From an uncultured delta proteobacterium (GTDB taxonomy: Bacteria > Desulfobacterota > Binatia > Binatales > Binataceae), in the NCBI GenBank assembly GCA_963842085.1, contig CAWJET010000001.1, forward strand, positions 2,592,001 through 2,656,000: a stretch of DNA of 64,000 nt, read 5' to 3'. A program made the translations under genes and the position numbers. The notes under the pieces are model-generated. The model saw nothing but the letters and a program-made list of their open reading frames with translations. It did not search any database and had not been told where the DNA came from. Shown here one piece after another: positions 9,694 through 18,871 of this stretch (its first letter is position 1; each line of letters begins with the position of its first letter).

Positions 9694-10560
9694 ATGCGGC
9701 GCGAAGACTTTTCTTTCAACAGCGAGGACGGACTCGAAATAGCCTACTATCGATGGCGAGCTCCCGGACGGGCTGTCGGAATCGTGCAGATCGCCCACGG
9801 TATGGGAGAGCATTCGCTCCGCTATGCGCACGTCGCGGAGTTTCTCAACCAGGCCGGATTTCATGTCTATACCAACGACCATCGCGGGCACGGGCGCAGC
9901 GTGAAAGGTCCCGAGTCGCTTGGTGATTTCGGCGCCGGGGGATGGAACGGATTAGTCGCCGACATGCTGACGCTGACCCGGCTCGCACGCACACGCGAAG
10001 GTCGTCTGCCGGTGGTCCTGCTCGGCCACAGCATGGGTTCGTTCGCCGCGCAGCAGTACGTGCTCGACAACAGCGCGCTTATTGCGGGCCTGGTGCTCTC
10101 CGGGTCGGCGGCGGTGGACAAGCTGGCGATCGATCCGTCGCGGGAGGCGGATCTCACGGCGTTCAATCGTGCGTTCGAGCAGGCGCGGACGCCTCACGAT
10201 TGGCTGAGCCGCGACCCGACGGTGGTGGACGCGTATGAGGCGGATCCGCTTTGCGGATTCGGAATCAACAAGAAGGCGATGGAAACGATGGCGGCGGCCG
10301 CAGCCCGGTTAACTGAGCCAGCCGCGCTCGCGCAGATTCGCAAGGATCTGCCGGTCTACATTTTCGCTGGCGACAAGGACCCGATTAACCACGACCTCGA
10401 ATGGCTGAAGCCGCTCGCCGAGCGATATCGCGCGGCGGGAATCGCGAACGTCAGCGAGAAGTATTATCCCGATGGCCGGCACGAGATGCTGAACGAAACC
10501 AATCGCGACGAGGTGATGCGCGACCTCTTGAGCTGGCTGCAGAAGGCGATCGCGGCGTAG
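9694..10560 (+). CDS. Alpha/beta hydrolase, lysophospholipase/monoacylglycerol lipase family
   Basis: HGMGEH, DHRGHG, nucleophile GHSMG, GDKDP, RHEMLNE. Confidence 0.9.
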   Translation: MRREDFSFNSEDGLEIAYYRWRAPGRAVGIVQIAHGMGEHSLRYAHVAEFLNQAGFHVYTNDHRGHGRSVKGPESLGDFGAGGWNGLVADMLTLTRLARTREGRLPVVLLGHSMGSFAAQQYVLDNSALIAGLVLSGSAAVDKLAIDPSREADLTAFNRAFEQARTPHDWLSRDPTVVDAYEADPLCGFGINKKAMETMAAAAARLTEPAALAQIRKDLPVYIFAGDKDPINHDLEWLKPLAERYRAAGIANVSEKYYPDGRHEMLNETNRDEVMRDLLSWLQKAIAA

Positions 10561-10563
10561 CGA

Positions 10564-11784
10564 TCAGCCGGCGGCGATGCGGCGCTTCACCATGTCGTCG
10601 ATCGCGCGGTCATCGTAACCGAGCGCACGCAGAACCTCGCGCGTGTTTGCGCCGAGCTCCGGCGCGGGCGCCGGCGTTCGCTTGTCGGTTCCCGCCACAA
10701 AAACCGGGCTGTTGATCGTTTCGATCGTCCCGTGCTTCGGATAGTCGAGTTCCACAAAGGCTCCGGCGGCGCGCATCTGCGGATCGCTCACAACGTCCTC
10801 GAGTGCCGGCAGGAGCGACCACTTGATGTCGTACTCTTTGAACCCTTTGCGCCAATCCGCCAGATCCCTGGATTCGAACTGCGATTGCAGAATCGCGAAC
10901 AGCTCGGCGGCATGTTCGGTTCGGCTCGCGTCGGTCGAAAACATCGGGTCGGTCGCGAGCTCCCGCGCACCGAACATCCTGCATAAGCGCGGAAACTCAT
11001 GCGCGGGATCGAGTTGGATGAGCAGGAACACCTTCGCGTCGCGCGTCACGTATGCTGCCGAGAGTGGATTTATCGGATGCGATCCCGGAACCGGCTGCGG
11101 GAAGGTCGCGCCCAGCATGCGCGCCTGCAGGTCGCAGCTATGGGTCCAGGCGCCGCTCGCCATCAGCGAGGTGCCGACTTTCGATCCGCGTCCGGTGCGT
11201 TCGCGGTTGTACAGCCCGAGCATGATCGCGCCGAACAGCGCCATCGCGGTCGGATGGTCGCCGATTCCCGGCCGCGGACCCGACGGCGAGCCGTCGCGTC
11301 CTGTCACGCTGGTCATCAGACCCGAGCGCGCCCAATAGGCCAGCGCGTCGAACGCGGGCAGGTCCGCATCGTCGCCACTTTCGCCGTAGCCGGTGATGTG
11401 GGCGAAAATGAGCCGTTCGTTGACGGCGTGCAATTCGTCCCAGGTCAGATGGAACTTCGTCAGTAGTTGGTTCTGGTAGTTGGTAACGAAAACGTCGGCA
11501 GTTTTGACGAGCCGGAGGAGAGCCTCATGGCCTTCCGGACTGGCGAGATCGAGGGCGACGCTTTTTTTGTTCCGCCCGGTCAGGATCCAGGCGTAATTCA
11601 GCTCCGACTTCGGAGTGCCGGGCAGGTGCGGAAAGAGTCGCCACAGATCCCCTCCGTCCGGGCGCTCGATCTTGAAGACTTCGGCTCCAAAGTCCGACAT
11701 GACGGTGGCCGAGGCCGGCCCCGCGATGTAGGTACCGCAGTCGATCACCCTGATTCCCGACAAGATTCCGTTTTGCATCGCCAA
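10564..11784 (-). CDS. Family III CoA-transferase (CaiB/BaiF)
   Basis: IAGP, FGAEVFKIERPDGGD, RNKKSVALDL, catalytic Asp in GIGDH, APELGANT. Confidence 0.9.
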   Translation of the reverse strand: MAMQNGILSGIRVIDCGTYIAGPASATVMSDFGAEVFKIERPDGGDLWRLFPHLPGTPKSELNYAWILTGRNKKSVALDLASPEGHEALLRLVKTADVFVTNYQNQLLTKFHLTWDELHAVNERLIFAHITGYGESGDDADLPAFDALAYWARSGLMTSVTGRDGSPSGPRPGIGDHPTAMALFGAIMLGLYNRERTGRGSKVGTSLMASGAWTHSCDLQARMLGATFPQPVPGSHPINPLSAAYVTRDAKVFLLIQLDPAHEFPRLCRMFGARELATDPMFSTDASRTEHAAELFAILQSQFESRDLADWRKGFKEYDIKWSLLPALEDVVSDPQMRAAGAFVELDYPKHGTIETINSPVFVAGTDKRTPAPAPELGANTREVLRALGYDDRAIDDMVKRRIAAG

Positions 11785-11997
11785 CCACCCGACGAACGAG
11801 ATTGCAGACTGTGGTCGTTAGTATAGCGGTTGGCATTCGGCAATCCCTCCGGCGCTGGCGGTGGCAAAAGAAAAGTGCTCCGGCATTTCTCTTATGCGTT
11901 GGGGGATCTGAAGTTCGGAACTCGGTAATCGTGAAATGCGACAGCTGTGCGACGCGGTTACCGGCTTGTTTTGCGACGGATTCGCAGTGACAACAAC

Positions 11998-12321
11998 CTA
12001 AAGCACTGCGACTAGAGCGAGCACTATAGCGGTCGGCGTCACGACACGTTCGGGACCAGCTTCACGATTGTGATTCTCGACACTCGTAGCGTTCGCAGCC
12101 GTGGAGCTGGACGCCAAAAGCCCGCGAATACTGGCATAGCCCGCCATGCCGGCGACGAGAAGAACCATCAGCGCCAGGCTGCATACCACCGCCATGTATC
12201 TTTCGATTTCCAGGGTCGGACGTACGCTTAGAGTTGACGGGGACGGTCGTGCCTGGCGACGATTACTGGACGCCACTGAGAGCGTCTGCGCTTGAATGCC
12301 TGACTTGCTCGGCACATTCAT
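11998..12321 (-). CDS. Hypothetical small membrane protein
   Basis: 107-aa ORF with one clear hydrophobic segment and a hydrophobic C-terminus, purine-rich RBS-like leader, sigma54-like site upstream. No family recognised. Confidence 0.45.
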   Translation of the reverse strand: MNVPSKSGIQAQTLSVASSNRRQARPSPSTLSVRPTLEIERYMAVVCSLALMVLLVAGMAGYASIRGLLASSSTAANATSVENHNREAGPERVVTPTAIVLALVAVL

Positions 12322-12404
12322 TCGTTAAGTTCTCTCTTTTTGACCTGCATCGTGCCCGTGGAAGTGTCCTGCCACTCGCCTGAGCCCGCCAAACCGAGGG
12401 TGAA

Positions 12405-12421
12405 CGCAAGTTCCGTACCGG
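12405..12421 (-). promoter_or_regulatory. Candidate sigma54 (-24/-12) promoter
   Basis: Minus strand reads CCGGTACGGAACTTGCG versus consensus YTGGCACGRNNNTTGCW, with correct GG-N10-GC spacing, about 85 nt upstream of ORF 11998-12321. Confidence 0.45.
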
Positions 12422-12526
12422 TGATGTGTTTGGCCAAAAAGGGCCGTGGCGATTGCGATTCACCGCAAGAGCCAGTGGTAGATGTCGCAGTAATGCCACT
12501 CGAGGAGCGCGATGACAAAAAAGTGA

Positions 12527-13921
12527 CTATCGGGAGGCGCCGCGCGAATCAAATCGTCGACTGGCTTCGACCCCCGTTCTGCGCAAACGGTTGTAGGTGC
12601 GGCTTCCTGTCACACAAATCACCAGCCAGCACCCCCCAAGCGCGAATCCCCCGATGATCGCGCTCAGCGCCAATCCCGAATAAATACCCGCCAATGCTAT
12701 CAGCGCCACGATATAGAGCGCTCCCACCACGCTTAGCGTTTGCAGACGCCAGCTCCCGGTCTCGGCCGCAAGCATGTAACTGACCATCCCATAGGCCGCG
12801 GTCGACGCGGTCAGGGCGGCACTGGGAAAGCCTGCAAATCCGTTTACCAGCACCGGTTGGGGTTGATGGGCGTAGAGCTTCGCAAACATCGCTTGCAGGC
12901 TGTAGGCGAGCACATATGCGCCGCCGAGAAACAGCACGGCCCCGATTGACAGACTCGCGTCACGGCGGCGCGCGTAGCTGATTGCTCCAGCTCCCACGAC
13001 GAAGACCAACCAGAGCGGATTGGCCAGCATGGCAACCACGCTCACGGCTGAGTCGAGGCGCGCAGTGCGTTGAGCGGCGACGAACATCGCCACCGTTCTG
13101 TCCAACCCGCCCAACGGACCTTGCTCGGAGATGGCATCCACGATGCCACCGAAGAGCCACGCCAGCGCTACCAACGCAATCAAACCCGCCGTCAGATGAA
13201 GCCCAAGATAACCGCGCGGCGAGAAGCGGGCGCGGACGAAATCCACAAACGGCGTCAGGTCGAAGCCATAGCGCCCGGTTAGATGTCGATTCCATGCGGC
13301 GATGATCTCGGGTTGGCGCCGGGCAATCGAGCGCCACAGGCCGGCCATCATGGCGGTCAGGATCGCTACCGCAACAATTCCCGCGCTGAGCGACCTGAGC
13401 CATTTCTCGACCAGTCTCCAGTCAGAACCCAGCATGTAGCCAAGGCCGACCGCGACCGCGGCCCACAGCATCCCTCCGATTACCACGATCGGCGCGAAGT
13501 TGCGGATTCGCATCCCGGACAGGCCTGCCGCGAACGGAACGAAAGCGCGCCCCACCGCGACGAAGCGGCCGACCAACACCGTCGCGCCACCGAAGTGCTC
13601 GAAATAGTATTCGAGGCGCTCGCGATGCTTCTCATATTGCAGTTGCGCGAATGCCCATCGCGTCAACACGACCTGCCCTTTTGTGTGACCGATCGTATAT
13701 CCCGTCAGGTCGCCAATCATCGCGGCGATTGCCACGACTGCGAATGCTGTCCACGGTGAGAAGAAATTATCGGCGGCCATGGCGCCCGCAATCAGCGCCA
13801 TCATCTCGCCGGGGAAAATCAACCCTAAACCGGCCGACGACTCCAGCACGATCACGATAAAGACTACGAGCAGCGACCAGGGCCCGGCCCGACCAAGGAA
13901 GCTTGCAACCGCGGCGATCAT
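12527..13921 (-). CDS. DedA family / PAP2-like fusion membrane protein with degenerate PAP2 motifs
   Basis: DedA motifs LESSAGLGLIFPGE, IGDLTGY, GRFVAVGRAFVPFAAG; linker RFSPRGYLGLHLTAG; PAP2-position segments FPSAAL and AGIYSGLA lack the usual catalytic His/Arg. Confidence 0.85.
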   Translation of the reverse strand: MIAAVASFLGRAGPWSLLVVFIVIVLESSAGLGLIFPGEMMALIAGAMAADNFFSPWTAFAVVAIAAMIGDLTGYTIGHTKGQVVLTRWAFAQLQYEKHRERLEYYFEHFGGATVLVGRFVAVGRAFVPFAAGLSGMRIRNFAPIVVIGGMLWAAVAVGLGYMLGSDWRLVEKWLRSLSAGIVAVAILTAMMAGLWRSIARRQPEIIAAWNRHLTGRYGFDLTPFVDFVRARFSPRGYLGLHLTAGLIALVALAWLFGGIVDAISEQGPLGGLDRTVAMFVAAQRTARLDSAVSVVAMLANPLWLVFVVGAGAISYARRRDASLSIGAVLFLGGAYVLAYSLQAMFAKLYAHQPQPVLVNGFAGFPSAALTASTAAYGMVSYMLAAETGSWRLQTLSVVGALYIVALIALAGIYSGLALSAIIGGFALGGCWLVICVTGSRTYNRLRRTGVEASRRFDSRGASR

Positions 13922-14044
13922 CGATCGTAGTTAAACATGAAGCGGCCGAATAACTCACGCGATCGTGGGTTGCGCAGGTGCGGCGCGACTGAAACAATGC
14001 ATCGGTTGCCGCCCGATCCATCGTGGCGGCCTCTGCACCTGCCG

Positions 14045-15097
14045 ATGCGCCGCCTCGAGACATTCTTCATCGTTATAGCGATCGCGTTTTACGCCTGGTT
14101 CCTGACCCATTACGGGCCGCGGCAGGTGATTGGCTACGTGCGAATGGCGGGATGGGGCCTGGCGCTGACGATTTCGCTGGAGGCGCTCGCGCGAATCGCA
14201 AACACGCTCGGCTGGCGGGTGACGATTGAGCACTATCCGCCGCACCTCAGGTTCATCGAGTTGTTTGCGGCGCGAATTGGCGGCGAGGCGGTCGACTACG
14301 TGACGCCGTCGGCGCAGCTCGGCGGGCAGATCGTGATGGCGGTGGATGTGCGCGAGAAGTTGCGCATGCCGGTGGGGCTGGCGACGGTAGTCGTCGCGGC
14401 GCTGGCCGAAGCGGTCGGGCAGATCGTGTTTCTTTCGAGCGCGCTGGTGATTTCGCTGCGCCTGATACCGGTGGCGGCCAAACTCTACTGGACGATAGTG
14501 GGCGGGTTCGCGCTGGCGGTGGCGCTGGCGGGCGGGTTCTTTTTCGTGCAGATGAAGCGGCCGTTTTCTCATCTGTGGCGTGCCGCGACCAGGTTGGATA
14601 TAGCGCGAATCAACACCGAGGAAATCCGCGAGTCGGCCGAGGACGCCGACGCGATGCTGCTCGACTTTTACGCGCGCCATCGCCTCCGGCTTGCCGCGTC
14701 GTGCCTGTGCTATGCGGTCGCGTGGAGTCTGGGGCCGCTCGAAATTTATATCCTGCTGCGGCTGCTACATCAGGCGGCGTCGCTGCAGACGGCGCTGCTG
14801 GTCGAGGCGGTCGGGCTGCTGATCGAACGCGCGACCTTTCTGATTCCAGCCAAGCTGGTAAGCCAGGAGGGCGGCAAGGCGCTGATCCTGGGACTGCTCG
14901 GTTATCCGCCGGGAATCGGCTTCGCGGCGGGGTTTCTGCGCCGGATCAAGGAAATGGTATGGGTGTTGTTCGGGCTGGTGGCCCTGATGATACATCGGAT
15001 GGTCGTGGAGCAGCGCGGCGATATGACGGGCGCCGCGGTTGCCGGGCGCGACTCTGTGATGAAAATGCAACGAGCACAAGGAGAGCAATCGCTATGA
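14045..15097 (+). CDS. Lysylphosphatidylglycerol-synthase TM (flippase-like, UPF0104/HpnL-like) membrane protein
   Basis: Multi-pass hydrophobic pattern, GEAVDYVTPSAQLGG, FLIPAKLVSQEGG, LRRIKE. Start uncertain (13937-14045). Confidence 0.75.
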   Translation: MRRLETFFIVIAIAFYAWFLTHYGPRQVIGYVRMAGWGLALTISLEALARIANTLGWRVTIEHYPPHLRFIELFAARIGGEAVDYVTPSAQLGGQIVMAVDVREKLRMPVGLATVVVAALAEAVGQIVFLSSALVISLRLIPVAAKLYWTIVGGFALAVALAGGFFFVQMKRPFSHLWRAATRLDIARINTEEIRESAEDADAMLLDFYARHRLRLAASCLCYAVAWSLGPLEIYILLRLLHQAASLQTALLVEAVGLLIERATFLIPAKLVSQEGGKALILGLLGYPPGIGFAAGFLRRIKEMVWVLFGLVALMIHRMVVEQRGDMTGAAVAGRDSVMKMQRAQGEQSL

Positions 15098-15894
15098 AGA
15101 AATTAACCGCCTTGGTTGCGGGAATGACGCTCGCAATGACCGCGCTGCCCGCGGCCGCCGGGGTCGTCATCACGCAGAAGCAGCACGTGACGAGTGGAAC
15201 CAACTCTCGCGACGCCGAGCAAACGATTTACGTTCAGGACAACAAGCAGAAGATGGTGACTGAGCGTCACACGATTATCACTGACCTCGACAAGGGCATG
15301 ATGTACGTGCTCGATCCGAAGACGAAGAGTTACTTCGAGATAGAGTTTCCGCCCAAGGGCCAAATGGCCGCGATGATGGCGGCGAGCACGAACGCCGCGA
15401 TGAACTTCAAGAAGGCCGGAACCACGCACGAGGTCGCCGGCTACAAGTGCGCCGACTATAACGGCGGCGGGCACATGATGGCGGGCGATTATACGGTCAA
15501 GGAATGCTTCTCGACCGACGCGCCTGGCGCCGAGGAGTATGCGGCGTTCGAGAAAAAGATGGCTGATGCGCTCAAGGGCGCAGCCACCGGTCAGTCCAAC
15601 GGCGAGATTCCGGGCGGAGTCCCACTCGCGCTGGATTCGTCGATGAAGATGGGGAACGTCAACATTCCGGGGATGGCGCCGGAGCAGGCGGCCAAGATTA
15701 ACGAAATGATGGCGAAGCGCCCGCCGGTCGTGACCAAAACGATGGTCGAGAAGATCGAATCGAAGAAGCTGGCGGCCAGCGATTTCACGGTTCCCGAGGG
15801 CTACACCAAGCGCGAACTGCCGGGACCGAGCTCGATGCGGATGCCGCCAATGAAGATGGCGCCAGGGGCTGGCGCGTCGCCGGCAGCACATTAG
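15094..15894 (+). CDS. Secreted DUF4412-like protein
   Basis: Signal peptide MKKLTALVAGMTLAMTALPAAA, AGYKC motif, DFTVPEGY C-terminal motif. ATGA coupling to the upstream gene, with GGAG RBS. Confidence 0.75.
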   Translation: MKKLTALVAGMTLAMTALPAAAGVVITQKQHVTSGTNSRDAEQTIYVQDNKQKMVTERHTIITDLDKGMMYVLDPKTKSYFEIEFPPKGQMAAMMAASTNAAMNFKKAGTTHEVAGYKCADYNGGGHMMAGDYTVKECFSTDAPGAEEYAAFEKKMADALKGAATGQSNGEIPGGVPLALDSSMKMGNVNIPGMAPEQAAKINEMMAKRPPVVTKTMVEKIESKKLAASDFTVPEGYTKRELPGPSSMRMPPMKMAPGAGASPAAH

Positions 15895-16003
15895 GGCGTC
15901 CAGCGGCGATTCGCGCATTCATGCGAGCGTCGCGCGGAGTAGAAGATAAAACAAGAGCGGGGTCCATCGGGGCCCCGCTCGTCGTTTCAGCTCGGCGCGA
16001 AAA

Positions 16004-16645
16004 CTACATCGCCTTTGACGCCGACGACTGCTGTTTGGGTGCGTTAAGCGCGGCGCACGCATCCCAGATCCACTTCGCGGTCGAGAGCTCGTCTTCGGCA
16101 AACAACCGCAATGCTTCCTTGGTCGAGAGATCTTGCTTCAGCAGCTCCGCGAACTCGCAGATGGGTTTGATCGCATCCTCAGGCTTGCCCACGTCCTTGG
16201 TGAAGCGAAGCAGTTTTTCGTTGTCGGCAATCGACGGGTTGCCGAAATAGGCAGTCAACTTGCGGCCGTCTTCGGTGGTCGTCGCGCGCGTCTCGCCGCC
16301 GAGTTCCGCCAGGCGCTGCGCAAAAATCCGCGAATGATAGGCTTCGCGCTCGGCCACCATCCGAATGCCGGTGCGGATGCAATCGGTGGTGCAGACTTCC
16401 GCCCATGCCGCGAATGCTTCGCCGCCGTTGGCCTCGCCCGCGCGAACCTTGTCGAGAAAACTGACGACTGCCGCGCGTTCGGATTTGTAAGTACGGCCAA
16501 ACGCCTTGAAACCGCCGCTGGCATTGCCGTTGGTCGTCGGCGTGCCGGCTTCGAGCCACGCCATCTCGGCCTCGAAAGTTGACTGCGAAATAATCCCGCT
16601 GCGATAGGCTCGCAGCAGTTGTTTGAATTCAAAATCGCGGCTCAT
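16004..16645 (-). CDS. Ferritin-like fold protein with a short SHOCT-like N-terminal segment
   Basis: E...EREAYH helix pair. The N-terminal LLRAYRSGIISQSTFEAE resembles SHOCT. GGAGG RBS. Confidence 0.6.
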   Translation of the reverse strand: MSRDFEFKQLLRAYRSGIISQSTFEAEMAWLEAGTPTTNGNASGGFKAFGRTYKSERAAVVSFLDKVRAGEANGGEAFAAWAEVCTTDCIRTGIRMVAEREAYHSRIFAQRLAELGGETRATTTEDGRKLTAYFGNPSIADNEKLLRFTKDVGKPEDAIKPICEFAELLKQDLSTKEALRLFAEDELSTAKWIWDACAALNAPKQQSSASKAM

Positions 16646-16680
16646 CGGGTGTACCTCCAGCTTGCTTGGACGCGTTTCCT

Positions 16681-16698
16681 ACTAAACGAGCGTTCAGT
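16681..16698. promoter_or_regulatory. Imperfect palindrome ACTAAACGAGCGTTCAGT, TetR-type operator candidate
   Basis: 14 of 18 positions are symmetric. It lies in the divergent promoter region, about 35 nt upstream of the ferritin-like gene. Confidence 0.45.
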
Positions 16699-16853
16699 GG
16701 TCGAGACCGAAAGCATAAGGCGGCGTTCGCGGAATTGTCAAATTGCGGGTTGTGCCGGCTCTGAGTGCTGGCATCGATGCGAATATTGCCGCATGATTCG
16801 CGATGCCGCGGCTTTGCGAGGGACTCGCGCCGCAGTCATTCGAGGGACTGGCG

Positions 16854-17813
16854 ATGGGCGGATTCAAGCGCAGTTTCGTGCGGACCAACGCGATCATAAT
16901 GCACGTGGTGGAGAGTGGGGAGGGCTTCCCGGTTGTGTTTTGTCACGGCTTTCCCGAGATGTGGTACTCGTGGCGGCATCAGATGAAGGCGCTGGCCGAG
17001 GCCGGCTTCCGCGCGATCGCGCCCGACCAGCGCGGCTACGGCGAGACCTCCACTCCGGTGCGGATCGACGCATACACGCAGCGCAAACTGGTCGGCGACA
17101 TCGTCGGCATGCTCGACGTGTTCAGAATCGACAAATGCGTGATCGTGGGGCACGATTGGGGCGGTATGGTCGCGTGGAATACGGCGATGCTGGCGCCCGA
17201 CCGCGTCGAGCGCGTGATCGGCATCAACACGCCGTTCATCCCGCGCTCCCCGATCAAGCCAACCGATGCGATGCGCGCGATGGCGGCCGGCGGCTTCCAC
17301 TACATTCTCTATTTTCAAACGCCCGCGGCGAGAGCGGAACTCGAGCGCGACGTGGCGCGATCGCTCCGTGCTTTTTTCCAGGATCCGCCCGAAGTCGATC
17401 CAGCCGAGCTTCGCAAGGCGCCGCCGGGAGTGTTCGGACGCGCAGGCGGCGGACTGCTGGAACGATTCGCGGATCGCCCGCATGGGAAATTTCTCACCGA
17501 CGAGGACTTCGAGGTCTTCGTGCGCGCGTTCAAGAAGAGCGGCTTTCGCGGCGGCCTGAACTGGTATCGATGCATCGATCGCAACTGGGAGGAAAGCGCG
17601 GGCCAGATCGATCGCGTCGAGCAGCCGGCGCTGATGATCACCGCCGAGCTCGACGTCGTGCTGCGTCCCGAGATGGCCGAGGGAATGAAGACGTGGGTGC
17701 CGAACCTGCGCAAGACGGTGCTGATCAACGGCTCGGGCCATTGGACGCAGCAGGAGAAGCCGGCCGAGGTGAACGCGGCGATTCTGGATTTTATTTCCGA
17801 TATGAAAAAGTAG
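16854..17813 (+). CDS. Epoxide hydrolase (alpha/beta hydrolase, EphA/soluble EH type)
   Basis: HGFPE, DQRGYG, nucleophile GHDWGG, lid Tyr motifs HYILYFQ and LNWYR, GHWTQQE. Confidence 0.9.
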   Translation: MGGFKRSFVRTNAIIMHVVESGEGFPVVFCHGFPEMWYSWRHQMKALAEAGFRAIAPDQRGYGETSTPVRIDAYTQRKLVGDIVGMLDVFRIDKCVIVGHDWGGMVAWNTAMLAPDRVERVIGINTPFIPRSPIKPTDAMRAMAAGGFHYILYFQTPAARAELERDVARSLRAFFQDPPEVDPAELRKAPPGVFGRAGGGLLERFADRPHGKFLTDEDFEVFVRAFKKSGFRGGLNWYRCIDRNWEESAGQIDRVEQPALMITAELDVVLRPEMAEGMKTWVPNLRKTVLINGSGHWTQQEKPAEVNAAILDFISDMKK

Positions 17814-17816
17814 CCT

Positions 17817-18662
17817 CTACTCGAGCGGCGGCGGAGAAACGCGCTCGCCGTTTTTCAGAATCAGGTACTGGCGATCGGGCGCGTCGCAGGCGGTGTCGGT
17901 CTGCACGACTCGCGCGCCGTCGGGCGCGTACTGCAGAATGTACGACTTGCGCACGCCGGTGGTGAGGTTGGGGCCGGTGCGATGCGGCATCAGCGACGAG
18001 AATACGACGACGCTGCCCTCGCGGACCGGAACGGCGAGCGCCTCCGGGCCGTCCTCCTCTCGACATACATAGCCGAGCTTCGACAGGCGATGCGCGAGCG
18101 TCCCGCGCAGATGGCCACCCGCAATCACCCACGGGCAACCGTTGTCGAGCGTCGCGTCGTTCAGAGCGACCCAGCAGGTCAGGTACGCCTGCGGTTCGAT
18201 GTAGGTGTAGCCGTTGTCCTGATGCCACGGGAACGGCTTCGGATACTCGGGCTTCTTGTACACGGCCTGGTCCCAGTAAAGGCGCACGTCGGGGCCGATG
18301 AGATCGTGGCATAAATCCTGGAAGACGCGGCTCGCCGAGAACTCGCGGCATACAGCGGAAAGTCGGACGAGATGCACGGTGAAGCTGATTCCGTCGGCCT
18401 GCGCGATGAACATCCGGCCGTCGGGACGCGAGCGCAAGAACTCTTCAGTCTTCGCCTCGAAGGGATCGATCGCATCGCGCACGCGCTCGATGTCCGCGGG
18501 ATCGAGCGCATTTTCGAGCACGAAGAAGCCGCGCTCGTTGAATGATTGCGCTTGCGCGTCAGTGATCAGGCGAAACGGCCCGCGCACCGGCGTCCAGGTG
18601 AATCCGTGATTCAGCGGATGCAGCGCAGGGGCGGCGGTGTTAGTTGATGCGAGTGAGCTCAC
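17817..18662 (-). CDS. Phytanoyl-CoA dioxygenase (PhyH) family Fe(II)/2-oxoglutarate oxygenase
   Basis: HxD in PWHQD, LTCWVAL, NGC, distal His in PHRTGPN, and RKS. Confidence 0.88.
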   Translation of the reverse strand: MSSLASTNTAAPALHPLNHGFTWTPVRGPFRLITDAQAQSFNERGFFVLENALDPADIERVRDAIDPFEAKTEEFLRSRPDGRMFIAQADGISFTVHLVRLSAVCREFSASRVFQDLCHDLIGPDVRLYWDQAVYKKPEYPKPFPWHQDNGYTYIEPQAYLTCWVALNDATLDNGCPWVIAGGHLRGTLAHRLSKLGYVCREEDGPEALAVPVREGSVVVFSSLMPHRTGPNLTTGVRKSYILQYAPDGARVVQTDTACDAPDRQYLILKNGERVSPPPLE

Positions 18663-18828
18663 GTTCCTCAGCCAGCGTGCGATTCGCAGCCAGGACGAGC
18701 GCGACTGCTTCTTTCAGATTTGCGCGAGTCTCACCCAGCGTACGCCCTTGCGTATTTGTTCCGGGTAGTTCCTCGACAAATCCTACATATCCGCCTCGAA
18801 CCTTTTTGAATACCGCAGTCAGTTTCAT
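18640..18828 (-). CDS. hicB: HicB-family antitoxin (short, orphan)
   Basis: GGYVGFVEELPGTNTQGRTLGETRANLKEAV is the HicB/UPF0150 RNase H-like core. Confidence 0.8.
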   Translation of the reverse strand: MKLTAVFKKVRGGYVGFVEELPGTNTQGRTLGETRANLKEAVALVLAANRTLAEERELTRIN

Positions 18829-18871
18829 TCTTCGGCCTCGAGCGAGCGCTCGGCATCATATCAGGTCTGAG

